From Nitrosopumilus sp. (GTDB lineage Archaea > Thermoproteota > Nitrososphaeria > Nitrososphaerales > Nitrosopumilaceae), in the NCBI GenBank assembly GCA_963662625.1, contig OY759726.1, forward strand, positions 1,088,001 to 1,152,000: a stretch of 64,000 bases of DNA, written 5' to 3'. This document shows, piece by piece, positions 19,093 through 28,064 of the stretch (the first letter of the stretch is position 1; every line of letters starts with the position of its first letter). The position numbers were made by a program, and so were the translations under genes. The notes under the pieces are model-generated. The model was given only the letters and a program-made list of their open reading frames with translations. It searched no databases and had not been told where the DNA came from.

Positions 19093-20094
19093 TCACTCCA
19101 CTTCCGCCTGGTCGATCCTGGATAGTGCCTTTGCGATGTCGTCCTTGATCTTGGCGAGATCGTCCGAGCCGTCGTCAAAGTCGTCGTCAAGCGGCGGCTC
19201 TGTGGCCTGCGGTCCAGGCAGCGCCTTGTGCCTGTTGACCCTTGCGACCTCCCTGTCGATGTCCGGCCTCCCACCTGACACTCCGGGCCTCCCGGATCCC
19301 GCCGGCGCGGCCGGCGCCCCGCTGGCGGCGCGCTGCCCCGCCACGGCCTTGGCCTCCTGCCTTGCGGGGGCGGGCCGCGCGGCGGCCGGCCTGGCTGGCC
19401 TTTGGACGCTTGCTGGCCTTTCGGGCTTTGCGGCCTTTCCCGGAAGTTCCTCAAAGGTCGGGGGCCCGGCCTTTCCCGGCAGCCTGGTCAGGGTGGTCAG
19501 TTCCACCGACTGGGCCGCCTTTGCGGCTGGGGCACGTGCCCCCGCCTCCGATGCGGGCGCGGGCCTTCCCGGCGCCTTTTCTGCCCCCGGCTTCTTGGCA
19601 TCGACGGTTGCCTTGGGGGGTGCCTCCTTGCCGGTCCCCCCGGTGGCAGACGCCCCGCCCGCGCCGGTAGGCTTCCCGGTGGGAGCGGCCCCCGCGGCCG
19701 CAATCCTGGACGATATCTCGTACAGCCTGTCGTCCATCTTGGACAGCTTCTGGTCCATCAGCGTGATCAGCCCGTCCCCCACGGGCCCAAGGTCGGGATG
19801 CCTGCTTGCCTGCTCGAGCTTCTCCAGCTTGGCCAAGACGATCCCGAGCTGGTGCTGGTACCTTGCCAGCAGCTTTGCCCGGTGGATCCCGGGGTATTCG
19901 GCCTCCGACTGGTACAGCCTCGTGATGGTCTTCGCGAGTATGTCTTTTTCGACCTCCAGCGAGCTAACCTGGCTCTTGATGTGGGAGCTGGCGCCCATGC
20001 TGAGCAGCCGCGGCCCGTGCCTGGGAATCCTGCGCACGGCGGCGGCGGTGGCTATGCCCGCCAGCGAGCTGAGGACGAGGGCTATTTCCTGCAT
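19093..20094 (-). CDS. Conserved thaumarchaeal hypothetical protein: N-terminal hydrophobic anchor, coiled coil, long Pro/Ala low-complexity middle, acidic C-terminal helix
   Basis: Abuts rpl37e and rpiA in an apparent operon. The conserved-looking ends are MQEIALVLSSLAGIATAAAV and DDLAKIKDDIAKALSRIDQAEVE. Confidence 0.75.
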   Translation of the reverse strand: MQEIALVLSSLAGIATAAAVRRIPRHGPRLLSMGASSHIKSQVSSLEVEKDILAKTITRLYQSEAEYPGIHRAKLLARYQHQLGIVLAKLEKLEQASRHPDLGPVGDGLITLMDQKLSKMDDRLYEISSRIAAAGAAPTGKPTGAGGASATGGTGKEAPPKATVDAKKPGAEKAPGRPAPASEAGARAPAAKAAQSVELTTLTRLPGKAGPPTFEELPGKAAKPERPASVQRPARPAAARPAPARQEAKAVAGQRAASGAPAAPAGSGRPGVSGGRPDIDREVARVNRHKALPGPQATEPPLDDDFDDGSDDLAKIKDDIAKALSRIDQAEVE

Positions 20095-20262
20095 CTACGT
20101 GTACCACTTGATCCAGGAGTACTTCCTGCGTTTGGCGTCGGGGAAACCGCAGCTTGCGCACCGGTGGTGCCTCTTGTGGAGGGAGTTCTTGCCGCACCTC
20201 CTGCACCTTATGTGGACCTTCTTCTTCGTAAAGCCACCCATGGAGGTAGTGCCCTTGGTCAT
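20095..20262 (-). CDS. rpl37e: 50S ribosomal protein L37e
   Basis: My translation: [55 protein letters not shown] (Zn finger). It is below the ORF-track length cutoff. Confidence 0.95.
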   Translation of the reverse strand: MTKGTTSMGGFTKKKVHIRCRRCGKNSLHKRHHRCASCGFPDAKRRKYSWIKWYT

Positions 20263-20271
20263 CAGCACCAC

Positions 20272-20508
20272 CTAGTTTGCTGCCGGGGGCGGCGAGATCA
20301 TCACTACGTTGTCCCCCCGCACCACGATGGTCCCCAGATCCTTGGAATCGCCTTCAGTAGGGATCTCTTCTGAAGAGTCGAGTAGCAGGTTCATGTGCTG
20401 GTCAAACCCGAGCAGGTTGCCGCGGATCGTCTTGTTACCCTTGATCTTTATCAACACGACCTGGTTGATGCTCTCAGCCAGCACTTTTACTGCCATATCA
20501 ACGGACAT
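20272..20508 (-). CDS. LSm/SmAP RNA-binding protein
   Basis: Sm1 ([14 protein letters not shown]) and Sm2 (IVVRGDNV) motifs; the usual archaeal position upstream of rpl37e. Confidence 0.93.
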   Translation of the reverse strand: MSVDMAVKVLAESINQVVLIKIKGNKTIRGNLLGFDQHMNLLLDSSEEIPTEGDSKDLGTIVVRGDNVVMISPPPAAN

Positions 20509-20565
20509 TCACTTCACTTATTGGCTCTGATAACGAGGGATTATATTAAAATTTCATTGGTGAAA

Positions 20566-21288
20566 CTATGCGCCGCGCCCTGTAAGGCAAGTTTGACACC
20601 TTTTTTCCAGGTTTTCCACGATCTCGGCCAGCATGGCCAGCCCGTCGGCCCTCGTCGCCCCCGTGGGATCCCCCCAGACCCCGTTCTTCGTCGCCTCCGG
20701 GAACGACCTTGAAGCGAGGCGGCCCAGCCGGGCGACCTCCCCCTCGTCCAGCCCGTCGGTGACCAGCCCCCTCCGGGCCAGATCCATCCTGACGCCGCCC
20801 GAGACTGCCAGCATCAGCGACGTCTCGGCAAACCCCGCGTGGTCGAACTCCCTCTGCATGAAGTGCCAGTACGAGAACACGTGGACCCTGGGCCCGCCCC
20901 CCGGAGGCGCCCCGGCATCCTCGCCGACGCCCCTCACGGCCCCCATGTTCCCGTGGTGCCCGTTGATCACGAAGACCGTGCCGACGCCGTTCTCGTACAG
21001 CGAGCCACACAGGTCGGCCACCACCCGGCGCAGGGTGTCCTCCCCCACGCTAAGCTGGAAGAACGGGGCGTGCTCAAACGACACGCCGTAGCTGATGGTC
21101 GGGAGGAGCAGGAACCCCGCCCTCTCCGCCAGCCGTTCCGAGACGGCAGAGACGATGTCGGAGTCGGTGGATACTGGCAGGTGCGGCCCGTGCTGCTCCG
21201 TGGAGCCCACCGGGATGACCGCCGCCGGGCGCTCCTCCCTGATGAGGGCCCTCAGGCCGGGATCCAGTTGGGAGCTGACGTCGGTCAT
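20566..21288 (-). CDS. Creatininase-family amidohydrolase (ArfB/MftE-like)
   Basis: PVGSTEQHGPHLP, TD, GVSFEH, INGHHGN and DHAGFAETS. The true start is the ATG at 21288, inside a longer ORF-track ORF. Confidence 0.88.
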   Translation of the reverse strand: MTDVSSQLDPGLRALIREERPAAVIPVGSTEQHGPHLPVSTDSDIVSAVSERLAERAGFLLLPTISYGVSFEHAPFFQLSVGEDTLRRVVADLCGSLYENGVGTVFVINGHHGNMGAVRGVGEDAGAPPGGGPRVHVFSYWHFMQREFDHAGFAETSLMLAVSGGVRMDLARRGLVTDGLDEGEVARLGRLASRSFPEATKNGVWGDPTGATRADGLAMLAEIVENLEKRCQTCLTGRGA

Positions 21289-21293
21289 CTGCC

Positions 21294-22139
21294 TCACTTG
21301 GACTTGACGTGCACCTTTCTCCAGCGCACGTCGAGCTTGTTCTCCAGGTGCGCCCTCACCGCCTTTAGGAGCGTCCGCGCCTCCATCTTCTGGCCCTTGG
21401 ACTTTATCTTCTCCAGGGTGTCGCCGGGGTCTGCCTTGAACGAGTCCTGGAAGATTATCGGCCCCTGGTCCAGGTTTTCGGTCACGTAGTGGGCGGTGAC
21501 CCCGACGATCTTGGTCCCCCTCTCGTACGCCTGCGCGTACGCCAGCGCCCCCGGAAACGCTGGCAGCAGCGACGGGTGTATGTTGATGATCCTGTCCGGG
21601 TACCTCCACACGAAGTTGGGGCTGAGGATCCTCATGTACCTTGCAAGCACGATCAGGTCGACGTCGTACTTGGCGCACGCCCGGATGATCCTCTCCTCGG
21701 CCTCCTCCTGGTTCTTTTCCACGACCGTTATGAACGGAACCCCGGCCTTTTTTGCTACCGGTTCCAACGCCTTCTCCGTCCCGATCACCACCGCGATGTT
21801 GCCCCTTAGGGACTTCTTCTTGGACGCGGCAAGGATGGTCCGCAGGCAAAGCGGCTCCTTCGTCACGAACACCGCGATGTTCTTCCGGGAGTTCTTTTCG
21901 TGGTTGGTGCTCACGTCCATCCCGGTCCTCCTAGCGAGCTCCTGGACCTGCGAGTCGAACCTGCCCGCGTTGATCTTCCTTGTAAACGAGGCCTCCAGGT
22001 ACATCCCGAACAGGCCCTTGACGACGTTCTGGTTCACCTTCTCGATGTTCCCGTGCTTCTCGAATACGAAGTTTGTAAACGCGGCCACTATGCCCTCCCT
22101 GTCCCTGCCGACCACCGTGATTCCTATGACCGTCTTCAT
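21294..22139 (-). CDS. purU: Formyltetrahydrofolate deformylase
   Basis: N-terminal ACT domain (GRDREGIVA), LARYMRILS, INIHPSLLPAFPGA, GVTAHYVTENLDQGPII. Confidence 0.92.
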   Translation of the reverse strand: MKTVIGITVVGRDREGIVAAFTNFVFEKHGNIEKVNQNVVKGLFGMYLEASFTRKINAGRFDSQVQELARRTGMDVSTNHEKNSRKNIAVFVTKEPLCLRTILAASKKKSLRGNIAVVIGTEKALEPVAKKAGVPFITVVEKNQEEAEERIIRACAKYDVDLIVLARYMRILSPNFVWRYPDRIINIHPSLLPAFPGALAYAQAYERGTKIVGVTAHYVTENLDQGPIIFQDSFKADPGDTLEKIKSKGQKMEARTLLKAVRAHLENKLDVRWRKVHVKSK

Positions 22140-22237
22140 GGCTTTTTTAGGTCGGCGCCCTCTCATTATTAATCATTCACAGGGCCGGCACGAGCCCGCG
22201 CCAGGCAGGGGGGCATCGGCATCGCGCGCGGGGGCCG

Positions 22238-22325
22238 TGGTGCGGGAGATGGGATTCGAACCCATGAACTCCTGAGAGATAGGGTCCTAAGCCCTACGCC
22301 TTTGGCCGGGCTGGGCAACTCCCGC
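22238..22325 (-). tRNA. tRNA-Leu(TAG), CCA encoded, long variable arm
   Basis: GCGGGAG acceptor; anticodon arm TAGGG-CTTAGGA-CCCTA; GGTTCGAATCC. Confidence 0.95.
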
Positions 22326-22423
22326 AACGGGTCTGCCGGTTCCCGCAAAGTTAACTGTTGCGGGGGCCGGGCGCGCCATTTGCGCCGGACGGCAGCCGGC
22401 CTCGCCCGGGACTATCCCCCCGC

Positions 22424-22614
22424 GCGCCGTGGAGCTGGCGCCATCCGGTGCGCCGTGGAGCTGGCGCCATCCGGTGCGCCGTGGAGCTGGCGCCATCCGG
22501 TGCGCCGTGGAGCTGGCGCCATCCGGTGCGCCGTGGAGCTGGCGCCATCCGGTGCACCGTGGAGCTGGCGCCATCCGGTGCGCCGTGGAGCTGGCGCCAT
22601 CCGGTGCACCATGG
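22424..22614. repeat. Tandem repeat: 26-bp unit GCGCCGTGGAGCTGGCGCCATCCGGT, 7 copies plus a partial
   Basis: Copies start at 22424, 22450, 22476, 22502, 22528, 22554 (GCACC variant) and 22580, with a partial at 22606. There are no spacers. Confidence 0.95.
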
Positions 22615-22638
22615 GCCATCATCATGTGTGATGGTAGC

Positions 22639-22744
22639 CTGGCGTGGGCCTTGGGATCATTCAACTCTTGCACACAGCACGGGCCCGCCCTCCAGCATCC
22701 CCGACGTGGCCACTGGCGTGGGCCTTGGGATCATTCCACTCTTG
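22639..22744. repeat. Two 32-bp direct repeats CTGGCGTGGGCCTTGGGATCATTC(A/C)ACTCTTG separated by 42 nt
   Basis: Copies at 22639-22670 and 22713-22744 with one mismatch. Confidence 0.85.
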
Positions 22745-23008
22745 TACAGCCACAGGCATGGCATGCACATGTATGAGAGGAGAACCTGCCCCCAGGCTTG
22801 GCGGTTTCTTCATGGGGGCGATACAGGGATAGCTCGGCATCGGATCTTTTGACCAAAGATTGTAGTCCTTGCTGCGGGCCTAGTCTGATGTCACGTACTA
22901 CTGGCACGAAGCCGTTGATCGGCATTCTTCATCTAGGCGCGGATATGCATAGGATGGGTTTGTGCGGGTTTTCTCGCCGAATTCCAAGGATGCGCACATA
23001 CCCATGCA

Positions 23009-23530
23009 CTAAAAAACAAACTTGTGCCAGACGTACCTGAAAGAATCATTTTGTTTCTTTGCGACCTTTACATCGAATCGTTTCAATATCTCTTGCATGA
23101 AATCAATTCTAGAATCATGTTTGCCCAATCTGTTATGTTCAAACATTTCCTTTGATATCCCTTCTGTATTGGGATAAAACGGTATTCTTAATTTACGGGT
23201 GCTCGCACGATCCAGGCCGGCGAGATACCAGCTCTCGATTTCTTTTTTTGCTACCGCGATTTTCGCAAAACCAGCACCAGGTATTTTGTTTTTCAAAATC
23301 GTTTTGCTTTCTGTGATGCATTGGGACGTGTCAAAATCCGCAAATATGACGTATTCGGAATCTGCACGTTTTAAAGAATTCAACATGGACTCTATGGCTT
23401 TTTTGGGCCGTTCTGCATACAGATAGGTCACAATCTTGTCATATTTTTTTGCGAGTTCGGATTTTAGCACACGGTTGAAGAACCGCTCATCATCTGTGCC
23501 TTCTAATAGCACAAACAGGAATCTAGGCAA
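23009..23530 (-). CDS. Small TOPRIM-like protein (DUF4276/DUF4435-like), putative nuclease partner of the adjacent ATPase
   Basis: VLLEGTDDERF (TOPRIM Glu), IFADFD (DxD) and EIESWYL. The TTG start directly abuts the ATPase stop; AT-rich. Confidence 0.7.
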   Translation of the reverse strand: MPRFLFVLLEGTDDERFFNRVLKSELAKKYDKIVTYLYAERPKKAIESMLNSLKRADSEYVIFADFDTSQCITESKTILKNKIPGAGFAKIAVAKKEIESWYLAGLDRASTRKLRIPFYPNTEGISKEMFEHNRLGKHDSRIDFMQEILKRFDVKVAKKQNDSFRYVWHKFVF

Positions 23531-24820
23531 TTAACTCCCTAAAATATTCTGCACGTAAAGTTCTTCCACCTCCATTTCGTTCTCCAGGAACACCTTGATT
23601 TCTTCTTGATCCGAGGACTTTATTATCTCAGAATGGCCCTCGGAATCTCGCCGTACTGTAAAGAGGTTTTCCAGGCCGGCATACCTCACAATTTCGGGAT
23701 TGTGCGTTGTGATCATTATCTGTCTCAATGATGATGCATCGTTCATCATTTCCATGACTCTGGCAATCAAGGATGGGTGGATGTTCCGTTCCGGTTCTTC
23801 AACTATGGTTAACGCGTTGTCCTGAAAATAAAGGGCTACTACCAACGCGGTAATGTTGATTGTGCCATCAGAGATCAATGAGGATGGCAAGGCGCGTTTC
23901 TTAAAATAATTTTCCGTCAGGGTGAACAAAACGGATCTGTCTGCGATGTTTTCTGTGTTGACTGATTGTACAAACGGTAGCATGTCTGTTATGATGTTGG
24001 AAAATTTACGCCTGTCGGCATTGTTGGAGATCACATCCTTGACAATGATCGCAAGGTTGGATCCGTCTTCGTTTAACTCCACCTTGCCCGTTAATGGGGC
24101 TGCCCTCTTGGCTAATTTTGGATCAAAATCATAAACTGCCATGTCGGAAAAAAAGTCAGGGATTGCCGGAAAAAAGTAGTCTAGAGTAGACCCGTACTCC
24201 AAAAGCAATTTTTTGCCAGGTATGCGATCACTATACAGGTATTTGCTTAAATTCAAACTTGGTGGGGAGTTTTCATTTGACATATGTATGCTGTGTTGAA
24301 CTTTTCCATCCTTCGTTGTGAGTTCAAAACATCCCGTGTCTACCGGCCCGATGCTTTTGAATTCGCCGCGTGGGCTCCTTTTTAAATCCTCCCGTTTGTA
24401 TGCGGCTATGTCCACTTTCCATGTGTCCCGCATTATTTTGAACCCTGATTTTTTGCCTAATCGCAATTCAAATTCCCACGTGGCTCCCATGTACGCCATA
24501 ATCCGAAGTTTGGGCTCTGCCTTGAACGGCATTCTCATGAGTGCCGCCTGCGGAAGGGTTACTTTAAGCTCTATTACCAAATTCTGCCCGTGCTCTAATT
24601 TGAAGTTGCGAAGATATTCGATTCCGCCCTGCAATGAAATGGCGTTGTCCAACCCCTGTTCCCGCACGTCTTTTAGAAATTTAAAAATTTGAACAAAATT
24701 AGACTTTCCAGAGGCATTCGCGCCGATGATTACGTTGAACCGTTTTAGCTCGATGTTTATTTCCTGAAAGCTCTTAAAATTCTTGACTGTGAGGCGTTCT
24801 AAATAAGGAAAGTCTGCCAT
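23531..24820 (-). CDS. ABC-type (AAA_21/RecF-SMC/OLD-like) ATPase
   Basis: LTVKNFKSF, Walker A GANASGKS, signature-like ISDGT, Walker B/D-loop IVEEPERNIHP, H-loop ITTHNP; AT-rich. Confidence 0.88.
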   Translation of the reverse strand: MADFPYLERLTVKNFKSFQEINIELKRFNVIIGANASGKSNFVQIFKFLKDVREQGLDNAISLQGGIEYLRNFKLEHGQNLVIELKVTLPQAALMRMPFKAEPKLRIMAYMGATWEFELRLGKKSGFKIMRDTWKVDIAAYKREDLKRSPRGEFKSIGPVDTGCFELTTKDGKVQHSIHMSNENSPPSLNLSKYLYSDRIPGKKLLLEYGSTLDYFFPAIPDFFSDMAVYDFDPKLAKRAAPLTGKVELNEDGSNLAIIVKDVISNNADRRKFSNIITDMLPFVQSVNTENIADRSVLFTLTENYFKKRALPSSLISDGTINITALVVALYFQDNALTIVEEPERNIHPSLIARVMEMMNDASSLRQIMITTHNPEIVRYAGLENLFTVRRDSEGHSEIIKSSDQEEIKVFLENEMEVEELYVQNILGS

Positions 24821-24942
24821 CAATTAGTCACCGCTCTATTGCTTAATATTTTGATCGGGGTTTTGGCGTAATGCGGGATCTGGATCGCGCTTCTATGCAC
24901 AGGCCGCCAAAGTCATAAATAATTCTGGATGGCACCCAAGCC

Positions 24943-25809
24943 ATGAAGAGCCTGCGGGGGATGCTGAGCGCCGACGGGCCGGTCGTCATCCCGGGGGTCT
25001 ACGACGCGATAGGGGCAAAGATAGCGGAAAAGACCGGCTTTGACGCCATGTTCCAGACGGGGTACGGGACGTCCGCCTCCATGTTCGGGATGCCGGACTA
25101 CGGGTTCGTCGGGGCGGCCGAGACGGTCGACAACGCGAGGCGGATCTGCCGCGCGGTGTCCGTGCCGGTCATAGTGGACTCTGACACCGGGTACGGGAAC
25201 GCGCTCAGCGTGTGGAACCTGGTCAGGGAGCTAGAGTCGGCCGGCGCCGCGGGAATCTTCCTGGAGGACCAGCGGTGGCCCAAGAGGTGCGGGCACATGC
25301 AGGGAAAGGAGGTCGTCCCGCAGGAGGAGTACACGGAAAAGCTGGGAGCCGCAATCGACGCCAGGGGCAGCAGGGACTTTGTCATCGTGGCACGGACAGA
25401 CGCCCGGGCCACCGAGGGGCTTGACGCGGCAATCGAGCGCGGGAGGCAGAACAGGAAGACCGGGGCCGACGCCGTGTTCGTGGAGGCGCCGGAGAGCCTC
25501 GAGGAGATGGAGAAGATCGGCAGGTCGATCGACGCGCCCCTGGTGGCAAACATGATAGAGGGGGGAGCCACGCCGATCAGCCCGGCCGGCGATCTCTACA
25601 GGATGGGGTTCAAGGTCATCCTTTACCCGCTGTCGGTGCTGTTTGCGAGCGCGTCTGCCGCCATGAGGATACTGGGGGACCTGAAAGACGCCGGCACCAC
25701 CGCGAAATCCGGGCAGGAGGTGGTGGGCTTTGACCGGTTCAACGACCTGGTGGATCTTTCCAAGTTCCGCAGGCTCGAGCGAAAGTACGGATCCGCGAAA
25801 AGGCGCTAG
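24943..25809 (+). CDS. Isocitrate lyase/PEP mutase superfamily enzyme (2-methylisocitrate lyase/PrpB-like)
   Basis: DSDTGYG, LEDQ..PKRCGH, ARTDA, ADAVFVEA. Confidence 0.88.
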   Translation: MKSLRGMLSADGPVVIPGVYDAIGAKIAEKTGFDAMFQTGYGTSASMFGMPDYGFVGAAETVDNARRICRAVSVPVIVDSDTGYGNALSVWNLVRELESAGAAGIFLEDQRWPKRCGHMQGKEVVPQEEYTEKLGAAIDARGSRDFVIVARTDARATEGLDAAIERGRQNRKTGADAVFVEAPESLEEMEKIGRSIDAPLVANMIEGGATPISPAGDLYRMGFKVILYPLSVLFASASAAMRILGDLKDAGTTAKSGQEVVGFDRFNDLVDLSKFRRLERKYGSAKRR

Positions 25810-25836
25810 CAGAAAAAGCTCAAGCAGAGCACACGG

Positions 25837-26124
25837 TCATGCCGCGTTTCTCTTTACTTCGATCTCTATGGTCGAAACGTTCCTCGTCTTGCCGTCCTGC
25901 GACTCTAGCGCTTCCGAGCTGATGTTGATGCTTCCTATGGAAGTTCCCGAACTCTCCGTCTTCCTCTTCACCATCTCGGCGACGTCTACGGCGCGGCCGA
26001 TGTTCATGCCCCTGGCCTTGATGCTCACCGACGGGAAGTTGGCCAACTGGATTATGGTCGACGTGACGTACGCCATCAGTGGCTTCTTGCCGATGAATAT
26101 GGTGTCCCTGGCTTCAGCTGACAT
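25837..26124 (-). CDS. alba: DNA/RNA-binding protein Alba
   Basis: IFIGKKPLMAYV, KARG..I.RAVDVAE, RNVSTIEI; ATG at 26124. Confidence 0.93.
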   Translation of the reverse strand: MSAEARDTIFIGKKPLMAYVTSTIIQLANFPSVSIKARGMNIGRAVDVAEMVKRKTESSGTSIGSINISSEALESQDGKTRNVSTIEIEVKRNAA

Positions 26125-26311
26125 GCCAATGGTGAAATCCAAGGATAATTTAAACCTAGGAGCGGCCACCTGGCGGGGATCCGGGCCGTCAGTGCCCCGC
26201 AGGCCGGGAAACGCCCGCTCCGGCCCCGTGCCCGCCGCGCCCGGGGGCCCGGGACCGGGACCGCGGAAAAATTCAACCGTTATTTACCTGCAGCGCGGTA
26301 CCTGGCGTAGA

Positions 26312-26854
26312 TTGGAGGACGCGATGAGGGCACTGGAGTCTGGAGGCCGCGAGGCCAAGATCCGCGCGCTGGAGTCGCTGGAAAACACCGGCGATGCCGG
26401 GGCCATACGGGGGATAATCTCGAGGCTCGGCGACCCCGACATCCGGGTGCGGGGGGAGGCGTTCAGCTCGCTGGTCGCCAACGAGAACGGGATATCGGGC
26501 CCCCTGATCCGGGGCCTGGCCTCGGGCAGCAAGGCCGTCCGCGGGCACGCCGCGCTCGTGCTGGCAAACAGGCACGACCACGAGGCGGCCCCGGAGATCG
26601 CCAGGCTCGCCACGGACCCGCATCCGTCGGTAAGGGCGTGCGCCATGGGCGCGCTGGGCCACCTGGGGGCCCGGGGGGAGGTCGGGGCCATACGGCTGTG
26701 CCTGACCGACCGGGACATGGACGTGAAAAAATGCGCGATACAGGCGGCGATAGACATCGGGGAGCTGCTCTCCGAGGAGACCGCGCGCGAGGTCCTGCGG
26801 CGGGCGGATCCCGAGGTCGAGATGCTGGTGGAGCGGGCAAGGAACGGCGGCTGA
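26312..26854 (+). CDS. HEAT/PBS-lyase repeat protein
   Basis: Repeated helical units (LGDPDIRVRGEA, SKAVRGHAALVL, DPHPSVRACAMGALG, DRDMDVKKCA). The start is TTG 26312 or ATG 26324. Confidence 0.75.
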   Translation: MEDAMRALESGGREAKIRALESLENTGDAGAIRGIISRLGDPDIRVRGEAFSSLVANENGISGPLIRGLASGSKAVRGHAALVLANRHDHEAAPEIARLATDPHPSVRACAMGALGHLGARGEVGAIRLCLTDRDMDVKKCAIQAAIDIGELLSEETAREVLRRADPEVEMLVERARNGG

Positions 26855-26919
26855 CCGGCGCGGGACGCGGCCCGAGCCCGCCCGGGGGTCCACGGGATCC
26901 TGCGCCGCGCGGCGGCCGC

Positions 26920-27894
26920 TCAGTCGGCCAGCGCGGCGATCTCTGCCAGCATGGCCGACAGCTGGATCTCCGGGTTCGCGCCGGACAAGATCCTGTAGTC
27001 GTACTTGGCCATCACCCGCAGGATGTCCGACAGCCTCGCGTGTTTTGCCCTGAACACGGCGGAGTTCATGTATTTTAGAAAGTCCGACTCTGACATGCCG
27101 TAGACCTTGATCAGCTCGATCATCTTCTCCCTGGCGCCGGCGACCTTGCCGGCCAGCGCCATTGACAGCACGACGTCGACGTCGCTGGCCTTGGTCAGGC
27201 CCGCGGCCGACTTTACCGACTGCTCGGAGATCGACCCCATGCTGGCGGCGGCCTGCATCAGGTTGATCGCGTGCCTGAGGTCGCCCCCGGAGTGGTCGTA
27301 GATCGCCTTCAGGCCCTTCTTGTCGGCCTTTGCCTTCTCCTTCTTCGCGATGGCCTCCAGGTGGCCGACCACGTCGTCCTCCGATATGGACGTGAACTTG
27401 AACGTGGCGCACCGGCTCTGGATCGGGTCGATGATCTTCGAGATGTTGTTTGCGATCATGATGAACCTGCAGTACCTCGCGGTGTCCTCGATGATCCTCC
27501 TCAGCGCGGTCTGGGCGTCGGAGGTCATCTCGTCGGCCTCGTCCAGGATTATTATCTTGAACGGGACCTCCGCCATTCCCGCAAACCTGGAAAACTTCTT
27601 CACCTTCTCCCTGACCATCCCTATGCCCCTCTCGTCCGACGCGTTGAGTTCCAGGGTATAGTCCCCGGAGTGGTCGCCCAGGATCTGCCTCGCGATGCAC
27701 AGGGCCGTGGTCGTCTTCCCGACCCCGGCGGAGCCTGAAAACAGCAGGTGCGGCATGTCCGTGGGGTCCTTTATGAGGGCGGTTATGCTCCCGACGGCCG
27801 CCTTCTGGTTCACCACGTCGGACAGCCTCTGGGGCCTGTACTTCTCCACCCACATGCCGCTTGCCAGCATGACTTGACTAGCCATGGAACCCAT
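26920..27894 (-). CDS. rfcS: Replication factor C small subunit
   Basis: WVEKYRP, GSAGVGKTT, ELNASDERG, ILDEAD, IQSRC; no intein. The start may be 27885 or 27870. Confidence 0.95.
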   Translation of the reverse strand: MGSMASQVMLASGMWVEKYRPQRLSDVVNQKAAVGSITALIKDPTDMPHLLFSGSAGVGKTTTALCIARQILGDHSGDYTLELNASDERGIGMVREKVKKFSRFAGMAEVPFKIIILDEADEMTSDAQTALRRIIEDTARYCRFIMIANNISKIIDPIQSRCATFKFTSISEDDVVGHLEAIAKKEKAKADKKGLKAIYDHSGGDLRHAINLMQAAASMGSISEQSVKSAAGLTKASDVDVVLSMALAGKVAGAREKMIELIKVYGMSESDFLKYMNSAVFRAKHARLSDILRVMAKYDYRILSGANPEIQLSAMLAEIAALAD

Positions 27895-28064
27895 TAATAA
27901 ATCCGGGTTGGGTATAGCGCAATGCCCACGCCTTTAAACCCCGCCCGTGCCTACGCACCGCAGGGACCGGCCCGCGAGCCACTAGGATCAATTGTTCTAA
28001 CCAAATTGTTAACAGAAATGATCGATCCCATACATGAGATCAACGGCCCAATAGTGATCCTGCA

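Noticed and set aside
22424-22614. 26-bp array as a CRISPR array, and the several ORF-track ORFs spanning it
   Set aside because: The units are contiguous with no spacers. The ORFs are just the 26-nt repeat read in rotating frames.
22238-24940. Classical tRNA-integrated genomic island with att sites
   Set aside because: The insert lies on the 5' side of tRNA-Leu. I found no integrase and no duplicated tRNA end by eye, so the insertion mechanism is unsupported.
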